Shown here: positions 12,566-25,136 of the stretch, one piece after another
How positions within the stretch are numbered: position 1 is the first letter of the stretch
How the letters are laid out: each line of letters begins with the position of its first letter
Assembly: GCA_036172245.1 (NCBI GenBank)
Contig: JAYWIR010000012.1
Span: forward strand, 1,798,001 to 1,862,000
Direction of reading: 5' to 3'
Source of the DNA: Raillietiella orientalis
Taxonomy: Eukaryota
Length of the DNA: 64,000 nt
The notes under the pieces: model-generated
Told to the model about the DNA's origin: nothing
Database searches by the model: none
The model's input: only the letters and a program-made list of their open reading frames with translations
Position numbers and translations under genes: made by a program

Positions 12566-14553
12566 CTTTTCCGCTCGGTTTTGAACCCATGGAAACACAG
12601 TGCACTGTTTCCTTCGAGGAACACGCCTGCAACGAAACACGGTGATCGTAAGCACAGAGTAAAAAGGAAGAGGGGGGGAAGAGGAGGAGGAGAAACGTGT
12701 TATGGGTTGTGAGCATATATATGTCATGGGTGTTGGCGTCTCGATGTCCTAAAGACAGAAACGTTCATAGTGCACGGATTAAGAGAGCAGCGGATTTGCG
12801 TAGTTAAAGACAAAACTAAGAAGCAAAAAAAAGGAAAAGAAATATATTTATAAAGCACTTAAAGATGTACACGCACTTCTGCGGAAGTTTTTTTTCTTTT
12901 TTTTTTCTTCATTTTCTGCTATTATTTTAATGCATTGACTGCTGGCGGTGGGAATCTCTCTGATGCTTGCATCTTCGTGTCGCATCCAGCGTTTTGTAGT
13001 GTGTGCGTTCTCATGGAAAGGATTCGAATCAGGAAATGCACTGGATGCACAATAAATCACGCTTAGTCAGTAATTCGCCCTCAATTCCGATTTTTACGCA
13101 TTTCCTGGAAATTGTGCGACGAGTCAAACAGGCTGCTCTGACTCGAAAATATCGCCATGCCCGAAAAACCGGCTCTTCCATTTCAGTGTGATGTTACAAG
13201 TGATACATCAAGGATGGTGCCTTACGATGGTGACGGCTTCTTTTGGAATGCCACTGAGACCCTATGAAACACGGTCGTAGACGACAAGATTAGAAATCCC
13301 CATTCTAAAAACGAGGGAATCGAACAGCATCGGGACTTGGGCGGTGCTCGGTTTTCGTCTTCCTTCCAGGGAGGTTTCCCGACGGGAGTAGCGGCATTTC
13401 CGTAATACTTTCATGATAGTAACTGAACTTTCAGTAAGGATTAATGGGTTCTCCGGATCTCAGTGATTCCGCCTAGCTAATCTCACCGGATCTGTGACGA
13501 AAAATCCTGGACTTGTCCTGGAAAAATGTTCCGAGGAAATTTCTGTCCTTGGTTCAAGGGCAGAACGATCGCTGGCATCATTTGAAAGTTGCCGAGAAAA
13601 GTCTTCGGCGCAGAACCGAACACCATGAATTACGATAGTGAATGTTATTATTATAAGCATCACGTTATCGTGAAACCAAGACTTGCATAGGTTGCCAAAT
13701 TCGGAACACAAGGTGATACCGGGAGTCACTTAATAGGAATAAATTCGTCTTCGAGTCCGAATTGCGGATGACGAAGATTGTGGGACGACTTTTTTTTGGT
13801 GAGACTCTGAAGGGTGGTATATTATGAGGAAGATTGAAGTCTTTACAGTCTTTTGCAGCATGCCATGTGCATCGCTGATTAATCTGTGCGGCATTTATAG
13901 ATCGAAGGTGATTCAAAGATAGCGCCATGTATGCATGAAAACGTATCCACGGCTCTGTGAGAGGAGGTAAGGCATGGAGACGGAATATTCCATGGAAAAC
14001 GTGCGCCACGCACGGCCGAAAATAATGCTGGAATTCGGTACGCTAAACAGCCTAGAAGAATCACACAGAAACTCGAGATTGAGACCGCATTCGGGCTGCT
14101 GTAAAGGGACGCGTGCTGAGCAGTGACGAGGTCCTTGTTGTGAGCGCAGGATGTAGTGGTGGTGGATCTTCGTTGTAGTGCTTAATTGAAGCCGGAACTT
14201 CCGATGAGATTAGCCAGATGGAAGGAAGACAGTGTTTGCCAAGGAAAGGGTGGCTTCCTCCGTGTTTACTGGAAAAAAAAAAAAAAAAGGAAAACCCCAA
14301 GCAGGTGTAAACAAATGGCACGCTCGTCGGCACGGGTGAAGACGGATGCTGCTGTAAATCATAACTAATGCGCCCCTGTTCAAGAGTGTCCGCTTTCCGA
14401 AAAACTGGGCCAGTAGCTCACTCAGTGTCGGAAATAAATCCAGCAGGAGCCGCAGCAGAATTCCGATTTTGCGAAATCCGTGGGGACGACGAAAGAGCGC
14501 GGAAGCCTCGAGGAAGACCAGGAAACAGTGTGCCTCAGCTTGCTAATCATTCC

Positions 14554-14583
14554 ACGACGACGACGACGACGACGATGATGATG
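14554..14583. repeat. (GAC)n/(GAT)n microsatellite
   Basis: acgacgacgacgacgacgacgatgatgatg read directly. Confidence 0.9.
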
Positions 14584-16929
14584 AAGCCGTGTGTGACCGT
14601 TCCGTGCCGAATCCATGCTGATTTGCAACACGCAAAATTGCGGTGTTTGCGCTTCCAACGTGAGAAATTTCCCACGCGCTTCGCGTTCCGAGAACGACGT
14701 CTTCATTCCCCGTCTGGAGCCTGCTGCTGGATGCGTTTCGATTATCCCGTCAAGCGCAGTCACACCGAGTGAATCCCGGTTTCTTCCCCTTTGCACGGTG
14801 CCGAGACGATGAGCACGCGCGCACACTGGGGGTCGTTCCGAAAGAGCGTCGGCTTCCTGGTTCCGCTGTGTTCCCGCCGGTGTGCCAGCCAGCTGCTGAA
14901 AGATTTTGCCGAGTGGCTGATTAATTGCATCATTTGTTTAGCTGAGCACCGATCTGGAAGATTTGTCTTCTGACGTGAAGCTGTTCAAAAGGCTCAAAGC
15001 GAATCCTCCGATACCTTTGCGCCGGGACTACCAGGACGCTCCGAAAAACAACCCAGCTTTAAAGCAGACCCTGGAGCTGCACCGAAAGGAGAGCTCACAC
15101 ACGTGATTTCATTTCTTTCTACTTTCCGTTTGATTTGGACAGCACGGCAGATGACATCGGCCGATGGATCCGATTTTCGAGCCGCTCGCGGGAGCGAAAC
15201 CGAGCACGTCCCAGAAGAAAACGTGTTCAGACGTGACCTCCCAGAGTTCCGCGATCCAGGACCGAACGCCTTCTCTGGACTGGAAACGGACTTTCTCCTG
15301 GGGCTGCATCTCGCATCACTTGTGTTGTCCCTCGCTCCTGGCCGGAGACCTGGGCCACGGAAATAAAGGAGTCTTGAGATACGCCTGGCGCTTGCGCACA
15401 CGTGTTTGCGTTCCCTCCTTTCGATTTTCTCCTTTTCGTGAAGGTCCTTTCACACCCAAGGATCAGCGCGGTTGTGGAAACGGTGGCTGAAGATGGATTC
15501 GGGATTCTCGTAAGGCGCACTGACGCCCCAGCTGGAAGGACTCCGAGCTCATTCAGAGGACGAGTGTAGCCGAAGACAGAATGGGAACGTCTTAGAAAGA
15601 GCGGTCGGGGGCCACTTTCTTTCAACAGATGAAAAAATCTTGCGTCTTCAGCTCAAAGAGCGCTCCTCTCCCTCTCCTTTGATGCGAATGTAAATATTAC
15701 CCTTAGCACTTGACGAAAGACGCTTCCAGGCCTTGGGTACGGCGGCTCTGCTTCCGATCAGATGATTCCTCCTTCTGTACACACAGTGGGCTGAGTAACC
15801 CAACCCTGAGATAAACTCGAGCGAGGGGCGTTGGGACGAAGTGCATCCTGATTTGCACTCGGGATGTCTTCCAGTTTCCATCGCAAGGTGGGAGGGAAAC
15901 CGTGGCCTCCGACCTCCGGAGCAGGTCCCCAGTGCTCAGCGCGAGCTGCAGCGGCGAGGCGGACAACGGCCGCCCTCCTTAAAGCTCCCCCTCACCCCTT
16001 CGTCTGCAGGAAGCTTCGCTTTCCTGCCCGAGACCGTGGTGGAATCAAGGGGGTGCATGCCACAGCCTCTTTCGCCCGGAGCTGGAAGAGGAGCGCAGCG
16101 GTCGACTGCGTGTTTTCCCTCCGCTTCGCACCCTGAGGAACAGTGGCATAAGTAATCTCGGGAGAAGGGGACAAGTAGACGGAGCTGCCAGTGCACCACG
16201 GAACGGCGAGACGGGTGCGTCAGCGTGCGAGAGGGAGGTCAGGTTTTCTCGAAAGGTCGCTTCGAAATGGCCCCGCAAGTCCTTTTAATTATTATTTTCC
16301 CTGGATCACGTTTTTCCTTTTTTTTCTCGTCTCTTGGCTGCATCTTGCTCAGACTCTTTCATCTTTACCTAATTCCTCCCTTCCCTTTATCTTCTTCGTA
16401 AACCGGCGTGTTCTTTCGTCCCCTCCTTCGTTCTGTTTGACTAAGCTTAGCCGGGTTCCCTGAGACTTTCAAACACGAGAGCGTCCTGCGCTCCCAACCG
16501 TTCGGGGACGCACGTAACAAGTGGGTGGCAGGCGATGTCATGAGCGCCAGCCCTGTTGCTGCTGCAGACACCTCGTCTCGCAACCTCTTCGTCCGGCGCG
16601 CTTCCCTGCCTGCTGACCTCCAGCTTGCAGGCACTGAAGACAGGCATCGGATGAGTCAGGGGCCGAGAGCTTCTTAAGACACCACCTCAATCGAAAGACC
16701 TGTTGAGCCGGTGCCGGTGGGTTCCCTTCCGCGCCGCCGCAGGGACGCTGAAAACTCCTCCCAACGTTCGGGATCTGCCTCCCGAACAGAGCACGCAAGC
16801 GAGGAGGTCCCTGTTGCTGGACACGCACGTCACCGGCACGTCTTGCGCACAAACCGCTAGGATCCCAGCGTGCGTGTGGGTTAGGGAAGTTTCTGACCTC
16901 TTCCGAGAACAAATTGACACCAGCTGCAT

Positions 16930-17580
16930 TGGGATGTTTATCTATAAAAAAATAAACACACAAGTCAGTGACAGGACGCTTGGTCCTGCCACGTTACATG
17001 TATATGCAAAAAGGAACCTGCCGAGAACGGACGCTCAGGCCAGCGGGGTTCGCCTCGCCAGCAGAGGGGGAGGGGTAGAAGGGGAAACAAACGAAATGAA
17101 AAATAAAACAAAAAATATATTTAAAAAAAACTGGGAGGATTCGGGGAAGGGATCATCGGTTGCTGGAGGGCATCCTCTGCATCTTTCCAGGATGCCGGCA
17201 AGTTCCTGTTTTAGGATACCCAGACAGGGTCACCGTGATGCTGTCCTTATGAACAGGACGGCAAAATAGATGGCGTCCCTATCGTTTGGCCTCCTCTTGC
17301 GTTGCTCCATGCAGCCAGATTCCTCCGAGTAGGCAGCAGAGTGCTGCTAGGGATTCGGCCGGAGTTATGGCGGCACGCAGGAAGGGACTCTTCAAAACGT
17401 CTCTGGGGTTGACCTCGGGGTTCCTCAGGGACGCGACAAAGCGTACCCACAGGAAGCAATGGGCAACACAATCCATGAGCAGGTGCGGGGGAGCGACTCA
17501 CTTTCGCCGCACCTGTTGCAATTTGGGCTCGCACTCCCCCGCGTCCAATGGTGGTCTTCTGAGAACAGAAGGCCTTTCAC
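16930..17580 (-). mobile_element. 5'-truncated L1/Tx1-like LINE relic, copy B
   Basis: Minus strand, with one frameshift in a C-run, reads HHWTRGSASPN-CNRCGESESLPHLLMDC-VAHCFLW. This is the CCHC knuckle typical of the non-LTR ORF2 C-terminus. 3' UTR homologous to copies A and E. Confidence 0.75.
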
Positions 17581-18679
17581 TCTTTCGAGGAACCGCAAGG
17601 GGCGCCTGCCGAGAATCGGGGAGCGCTCCCTGGGCAGTAACTCTATTCCTTCCTTCAGAGCCGCGAGAAAACGCTCCCGTTCCCGTATCTGCTGCCCCGA
17701 ATCAGCAGGCGCATGTTTTTTTTTCCTTCCATTTGGTAGATCCCGGTTCCACATCAGCAGCGTGGTTCCTTCCATCGGATTTATGGACCCTTTTTCCTTT
17801 CTCCTATCTTGGAAGCCTACCAATACCCGTTGCATTCATCGGCTATCTGCAAATCCTTCATTATCAATTTTCGTTCGTGGTCGTTCGAAGTAATGTATGA
17901 CCCCTGGGCTTCGGTGACTATCATCCCGCACTTAAAAGTCCTCTGTGGTCTCTGGTGCCATTCATCGGAGATATCAGACGATTCCGAAGCTCCTGAATCA
18001 GACATCTCGTTCCGCGAAGGTTCTTGAGCCCCGCTCATGATTCATCCAGAAACCCCCCTTCTGCCAAACAACCTCTGTGATTTTTCGTGCGATTCGGTAA
18101 TGGGACGTGGGAGCGGAGCTACCAGACGTTCGAGGGTTTTTTCTTTTTTTTCCGGGCCTTCCATTTCGAAGCCCTCTTTCCTCTCCTTCCCGTTCAGACT
18201 GCTTTCCGGGATGCTCCGTGATTGCAGCCTTTGGCAAAAGCTGCGTTCGTCGCACCGCCACGGGTGGAGCTCTTCCGCACCGCCTGCCGCCTCACGGTCG
18301 GCCCGTTCCTGGGAAAAGCCACACCCGTTTTTCTCGCACCAGAACACGTACGAGGCGCATGTTTTCTTCCAGTCGCAGTTCACACAAAGGAAAGATGTGC
18401 CGTGGTGGTGGTATTCTCCCTCAACCTCTACCAAGAACGAGAGCTGCTGAGCAAGAAGAGCGTGCGAGGTTTCCCGGAGCTTGGCTGGCCAGAAGCTGAG
18501 CTGGAGAAAGGTGCACCGGATCCCGCAAGCCCTCGAAGGGGTGCGATCCCTCGAGGGAATTTCAAACCTGCCTGCTGCTGCTGATGATGATGATCCTAGT
18601 GCGCGCGGCATCGTTCTGCCCGATCCTCGATTTCCAGCAGGCTCCACTCGCTGCTTCGGACCTCCAAGCGTCGATGCTT

Positions 18680-19175
18680 CTTAGTCCGCGATTAATGCCA
18701 GCGTGTTGTTCTTGGAAACAGTTTCGGTAAGCACGCAAGAACTCCGGTAGCGACCAGATCCGTTTGGTCGCGGTGTCTCCGAGTGTCTCGGAGTGCCACT
18801 CATTTTTCAAATATTTACGCTGCCGCACTCGGTCCTCGTTTCTAGGATCATTAGAAACGTGCTCCAGCTCGTTACTCACTGTCTGCCTCAATTCAGCAGA
18901 CGTCACGCGAGCCACCGACGCGCCGTTGCTTGGCTCAGGAACGCAGCGTGTCTCCGATCTTCCGCACCGAGTTCCCAGGCGCGCTTTTCCTCCGGAAAGT
19001 CGGAAGGAGGCAATCAGAAACGCAGTCCTCGGCAAGAGCTGGAACAAACTCTGCACCAGAATCGCCCGAGTGACGTCTCTTTCATCTGGGCACATGCGAA
19101 ACCCCGCGTGCCTTCGAACTCAGTGGAGAGCGGACCTGCGGTTCCGAAGCGTGGATGCTGAAGAGTATCGATCAT
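18680..19175 (-). CDS. candidate internal exons of an unknown gene (19175-19136; 19085-~18680)
   Basis: A 50-nt GT-AG intron (19135-19086) joins MIDTLQHPRFGTA in phase 1 to DERDVTRAILVQSLFQLLPRTAFLIASF...ELRQTVSNELEHVSNDPRNEDRVRQ. No recognisable domain; 3' boundary unknown. Confidence 0.3.
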
Positions 19176-20408
19176 CTGGAAGTACAGATTTGGTTCGCTT
19201 GGGAAACCGAGGCGGGATTTCCCAGGAAGCATCGATCACGGCAAAGTACCCTCTGCGAGCCTTTCGTCAGAGGCGCAAGCGGTTCCGAAGTCCCTTCGGA
19301 TATCGAAGATCCCGAGCAGCGCGGCTGGAAAATCCACCTGCAGGAGGAGCGTGCGCCCTGCCTAGGTTCGCGCCTGCCGCTCTGCGACGACCGTCGCTGG
19401 CACGCTTCGAGACGCGCGCGCTCGCACGACGCCGTCACTTGACTCCTCTGTCTCCGGTCGACTGCGTATCAGCGCGCGCGCCCGCCGGGCCGAAGGCACT
19501 GACGGTCGGCGTCGACGGCGTTTTCAGGAGCATCCGCCTGCGCCAGCTGCGCTCGGAAGCCTCCGCTCCCACCCGTTGGGCAACGAAGCCTTCCGAGAGC
19601 CAGAAGAAGATGGAGACAGTGAATTCCAATCAGCAGCCATCCGCGTCGAATGTCTTTCTTCGCGGTTGTCTTCAGCCTTCCGTCCGCGCTCGCGACGGCT
19701 GCAAGAATGGGAGTTTTGAGATTTCGGGTTTTGCACACACCCCGAAGCGCTGGGAACGGCCGAAGACGGCAGAAGATGGCGCGCGCCGATCCCGTGTTTC
19801 GGCGGTTTTCGCATCTGTGCGGTGCCATCGCTCACTCCGCTCGTAAACAACGCACCGGATGGCACCGTGAAGATGAGAACGGCTCATGCCTTCTCACCCA
19901 CCCGTGTGGGATGACCCGGAGACCTCCGGAGCCAGGCACAAACCTCTTCCTCCTGCCACAGGAAGTCCCTAGAACAGGGATGCAGCCGCAATCCTGGAAA
20001 AAGTGACCCTCGAACTTATTTTGCGGGAGGGCATCTATCCAGACCGTTGTTCCCCCTTTTTTCTCCTGGCACGAATGGCGGGACCTCCGTTCCACCCGCC
20101 AGCTGCACACTGCGTCTTGTAGCAGAGAAAGTTTCTCGGGTGTTCCACATTTCCCATAAGGCAGAGGATCTACTGGGAGGCGGCGCGTGCAGCTCGGCTC
20201 CTGCGAGAAAGGTGCGGTGGTTCAGGTGGCCGCAAAGCAACGGAGGTGTCTCTTGGGCCTGAAAGATGCACCGCTTAAAGCACCCCATTCAGCAGCGAGC
20301 CTTCCTTCCTTCTTCTTCTTCGTCTTCTTTTTTTTTTTCAGTTTGCATCCCGGCTGCTGTCTCGTCCGGGGAATTCCCGCACCTCATGGAATAACCAAAA
20401 AGCTCCAC

Positions 20409-20537
20409 GCCACAAGGCGTGAGACTTTGTGGATTCTCCGCTGCTTGCCCGACGGCCTGCAGCTCTTCCTTCCTTCCACTACGCAGGCCGGAGGATGAGG
20501 GCTGCGAGTGCAGCACGCGCGTGCAGCAGTGGACACT
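20409..20537 (+). repeat. inverted repeat, left arm (pairs with 21418-21543)
   Basis: gctgcttgcc...gcagcacgcgcgtgcagcagtggacact is the reverse complement, with substitutions, of 21418-21543. Confidence 0.85.
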
Positions 20538-21417
20538 GTTCCGTTGCATCCAGCATCCGCTCTGGTGTTCGTTCCATCGCTGTTTGCGGAGCCCGGAGTT
20601 TCGGGAAGCACAGCCGGTTGAAAGATTGATCGCGCGGTTATCCATTATTCATGTGCACGTGAACAACAACAACACGGCGGACACCGGCGGTTTCCAAGAA
20701 CAAAAAAAAAAAAATGGAGGGAAAAAAGAAAGCGAAACGGAAACCGACGGGAATCGGAAGCTGTGAGGGAGGATCGATTCACATGCACGCGGAGTGGACG
20801 GCGAGGACAACGCGCCGAGCCAAGCGCTCTTCTTGCCCGCACAGCACGAAACAAATCCCTGCCTTCCCTTCGCGGGCGCGCGCGACGAAACTCCGCGAAG
20901 GAGGAAGGAAGACTTGGCCTTCAAACGCGGGGAAGGGGAGGAAGGAAAAGGGGGGCAATTCCCAACTCGCGTCCACCGGGGGCAGCATCCGCCGACACTT
21001 CTGTGCGGACGAGAGAGGGAAAAGGGCAAACGGCAAGCGCTAGTGCGGAAGGTCTTCGAATCGGGGAAGCAGGACGGGACCCCCGTCTGCCCTGGAGAAA
21101 CTTCGGCCGCGCGCACCTGGATGCTTCTGGGAGGTCTCCTCGTCGTTGCTGGGCACAGAGAACACGCCATCAGGCAGGCCAAAGACGCGGAGAGACACAA
21201 ACGCCACAAACGCCGCGGGCGCTGGTCTTTTTTTCTTCGAGCAGGAGGAAGGGAGGAAGGAGATGAGGAAAAAGAGAGGAAGAGAAGGGGAGGAGGAAGC
21301 GAATACAAGTACTACCACTACTACCAGAAGTAGTGATAGTAGTAGTGGCAGTTGCAGTGGCAGTAGGAAGAAGAGGAGGGAAGAGGAGGAAAGGGGAGCA
21401 GCTCGCGCCTGATGAGA

Positions 21418-21543
21418 AGTGTCCACTGTTGCACGCGCGTGCTGCGCTCGCAGACACCCTCTGGCCTGAACGGTGGAAGGAGGGAGGAGCTCCCGGTCGT
21501 CTGGCAAGCAGCCACAAACACACCGAGTCCGACCCCTCGTGGC
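21418..21543 (-). repeat. inverted repeat, right arm (pairs with 20409-20537)
   Basis: agtgtccactgttgcacgcgcgtgctgcgctcgcag...ggcaagcagc. Confidence 0.85.
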
Positions 21544-21659
21544 GCCCGCAGACCAAGCACGTCCCGGATCGGTGACCTCCGACCTTCCGACTGCTGTGGA
21601 CGAGATCAGCGCCCCGTTTCATTTTGATTCCCTGTAGGTTGAGGGCGGGGAACGCATCC

Positions 21660-22050
21660 CGGACTTCCCGAATTTACCGCGGCGTGCAAGATGTGGTCCT
21701 ACGGAGTCGATCCCTCGATCCCGCACATGCTTTTGGACTGCTGTGTCCTTCAGGAGCTGTGGCGGAGGCTGGCAACAGCACTCCTGAACCAGAAGGACAC
21801 CACCCGAGACGTGCTGTGGCGTTCTTCGAGCACAGAGACCTCTCGACGGGCGCTGCAATTGCAACCATGGGTTGCATCCGCGCTATCGTTACGGTCCGAC
21901 AGGTGTTCGAAACCGCCGCCGCCCAGAGAAGGGAGGTCACCAGGATGGCAGCCACCTACATTAGGATGCCTGCAAAGGGGCCTCATCTGGGAGAGGAAAT
22001 CACCGACATCCACCGCCTGTTGACGACAGTTAGGGACAGCGGACCCAGCA
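21660..22050 (+). mobile_element. L1/Tx1-like LINE relic, copy C (diverged)
   Basis: Reads ARCGPTESIP/HMLLDCCVLQELWRRLATALLNQKDTTRDVL across an 8-nt tcgatccc duplication, aligning with copy B CGESESLPHLLMDC...LW...LRNPEVNPRDVL. Followed by a (TA)n tract at 22072-22091. Confidence 0.65.
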
Positions 22051-22384
22051 ACCCTTATCTCCTCCCTCCCTTTATATATATATATATATATTGTTATTCC
22101 CCATCCCCGTTCGTTCCGTAAGTTCCCCGGTGTTATTTGTTCTTATCCCGATAAACGCGGAGCGAAGCCAAAGATCTCTGCCCCTTCCCATTCACTTTGT
22201 CTGCGTTTTTGTTGCCCCCTTGTCTCTGCCCCGTTCCGGACTTTCCGTTTCTGGCCAGCGTGCCGGTGAACCCTCTCCTTGTTCCTTGTTGTAGTCGGTT
22301 GAGAACAAGTTCCTTGGTTGGTTCCCTTGAGTGTCGCTCCAGGCGCCACAATCCCGTGAATGGGCTGCGTCTATGGCACCTCGC

Positions 22385-22700
22385 ACGAAGAGGAGTCGAA
22401 AAACATCTCTGAGGTTGACAACCCTGGGGATGCTCAGGGTCGTCCCCAAACGTTTTCATAGGGCCGGAGGGCAACACAAGGAGGTTCGGGAGGGATCTCT
22501 GTTCCCTGCACCTGAGACAGTCTGGGTTCGCACTCCCCTGCGTCCAGTGGCGTCGGCAGGCGTGGCAAGGGATACCTAAGTGCAACAGCAGAGGCACCGA
22601 CTCCTGCCACTCGAGGTGGAGGGAGTCCTGCTGTCCAAGAACACTGGGGACCACTTCAGGTCTTTATGGAGAGCTCCCAGCGGCTTGCTCCAACACGGAG
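22385..22700 (-). mobile_element. L1/Tx1-like LINE relic, copy D
   Basis: LEWQESVPLLLHLGIPCHACRRHWTQGSANPDCLRCREQ; nucleotide similarity to 17400-17550 and 39390-39445. Confidence 0.65.
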
Positions 22701-23796
22701 GCCCAGGTGACAGGCCATTTGGAATCACGGCATCAGTCAGCTGTCCCGTGGCCCAACCACTCATCTCCGTCCTCCTGCCTGCGGCCTTGGAGGGGACTTC
22801 CCACTTCGCCGGCTGGCTGCTGCCACTCGCATCTCCAGGGAGGGCGGCGCTGCGGCAAGGCAGGTGCGCTCCACCCACGCGCTCATGCCGGGACTCTCCA
22901 GCATAGTGCTTGCTTGGATGTGGGGACGATAAACCGTGGAAATCCCGCTGCCGGCATCCTCTGTTCTTCCTTGTCCCTTCAGCCCCTCAGGCTCGCGTTG
23001 CCGCTGTAAAATCCAGGAGACAGACGCGGGACCTTGCGGAGCGATCCAGCTGCGCCGGAATCTTTTTCCGGGTGTGGTCGAAATTTCCCGAGAAGGAAGA
23101 GGGGAGCGGGGTGAATTCGACTCCTGGACCAGCCTTTTCTTGATGTGCGCCAGAAGGAGGGGAGTCTCGATGGCTGCAGGCAGCGACTCCAGTGCCACTG
23201 AGAACAAGAGGAAGATGAGTTCGTGAGCTCAAACAGCACCAGTTCTCTTCCCCACCTGGTGGCTCCAGCAAATCCTTGCTTTCTCCCCGGAAAACTGTAC
23301 CTTTTCTCTCCTTACCCTCTCTTCTTCCCCCCTACAGAAATCGAAAGCGCTCATGCAAAGGACCAGGGATTCGATCTATCCGCTAAGAGCCTCTCTGGTA
23401 AGATCCTGTTTGATTGCAGTGGCTGGAAAAGCAGCCACCCATCGGTGGAGCCACAGGGACTGCAAAAGTCGGAAATCTTTTTAGACCCGCGACCTCCTTT
23501 CCTTCCTTATGACTTCAAGTCAAAATAGATCCTGCCTTTTCGTGCTGGGAGCACCCTTCCGCGTCCCTACCTACCCGCCTCTGTGGACGACCACAGGAAC
23601 ATTCCTCAAGTCCCCTCTTCGTGCGAGATGCCATGCCACCAGCACTCGCGGTGGCAGCGATTTCCGCAGCGAGGTGTGAGGCCGGGACCGACAGATGAAA
23701 CCACCCTTTTCGCCATCCAGCTCCTCAGGATCACGTCGAGGTGGTGCTACCCGGCTTGCCATCGGGGGGAACTCGCCGGCATCCCGTGAAGTATGC

Positions 23797-24090
23797 AGAA
23801 GGTGCAATGCTCAAAAAGAGAGAAACGGAAAAGATGACGCAGCTTCCAGAATCGTTTCATATAAACAACCAGGCCGTTCGATGGTTTCTCTCCCTTAGCG
23901 AGGTACATCGTTTTATGCCTTTCTCCCTTCCTCTTTTCCTGCCTTCTTCCTCTTGCATTCTTCCTTTCCTTCTCTATCCTTTCCCTCTTCTCTTCCTCTA
24001 CGTCCTCCCTTCTTCCTCATCCCCTCCTTCTCTTTCTCTTTTCCTCCTTCCCTTCCACCCCTCCTGCCTTCTTCCTCTTGCATTCTCTCC
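23797..24090 (+). repeat. unclassified A-(pyrimidine tract)-B repeat: A block + tract
   Basis: 23797-23930 is the reverse complement, with substitutions, of 25010-25136 (aaaaagagagaaac...aaagatgacgcagc...ccgttcgatggtttc). Confidence 0.8.
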
Positions 24091-24762
24091 TGAAAATCTA
24101 GTCTCTAGAGAACCGACGTCACGGGCAGTGAGTGATTCCTTCCCTCATTTTTTCTTTTTGGAGTGATCCCTGCTTGCGTTTTCCATTCCTCCCGTATCCG
24201 CACTCTCTGGGGACCGCGCCGGCGCCCTCTGAAGATTGTGCAACCATCAGCAGCAGGTTCACCTCTTCGTAAAGAACGCGCCTGCTCCACCGCAAGTGGA
24301 AAACCCACGGTTCTCGGTTGCAGCAGTCCTCTCGTGCACCACCCATCCTCCTTGGACGCACGAAGCAAAAGACGAGCAGGAGTTCCGCCGGCAGGAGAAT
24401 GAGCTCCGGCAGCCTCGGGTCGAAGGAGTGGCAGGTGGAAAATACGATTGCGACGACAGCCGAGGAGAGGGGAGTTTCTTCGCGCGCACACGCGCGCATC
24501 GCGGATGAAGAGAACGTCCAGCATGCATTCAGCAGCGGAATCGTCGGAAGAAGTGCGAGATGACACGTTCTGGAAGATTCTTCCGCTTTCCGTTTCCAGC
24601 CAAAGGATGCAGCTCAAATCCTAACCCTCGATGCTTTTATCCCTGAACCTTGGAGGATACAGAGGATGCACTCAGAAGATTGCCAGGGCATCGGTGTGCC
24701 TGCCGCGGGCAATGCTGACCATCGGTAAGCTGCGGCCGAGCGATCGGAACGAAGAGTTTCTG

Positions 24763-25136
24763 GGACATTACGTCCTGGATGTGCCAGACCGCCCATTCCC
24801 TGGAGAACGAAAGAGTCTGAAGGCCCCAGTGGGGGCAAGGCTAGGGAAGGAGTGAACAGTGGGAAGAGAGGACCAACCAATCAAGCAAAAAAGTACCTGT
24901 TGGAGCAGCTGTGAACACGACTCCCAAGGATCACATCGACAAGGGAGAGGAGGAGGAAGAAGGGAGGACGAGGAGGCGGAGGAGAATGAAGAGAGGAAGA
25001 AGGCAGGAAAAGAGGAAGGGATAAAGCGAGATGTCTTTTGGAGGGAAACCATCGAACGGACTGACTGTTTGTATGGAACGATGCTGGACGCTGCGTCATC
25101 TTTCCTGTTTCTCTCTTTTTGTAAATTTCACCTTCT
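24763..25136 (-). repeat. unclassified A-(pyrimidine tract)-B repeat: copy with both blocks, inverted
   Basis: Contains A' (25010-25136), a purine tract on +, and B' (24763-24945). Confidence 0.8.

Noticed and set aside
13460..13729. CKSWFHDNVMLIIITFTIVIHG resembling an ion-channel S1 helix
   Set aside because: No further channel segments or consistent exon chain found.
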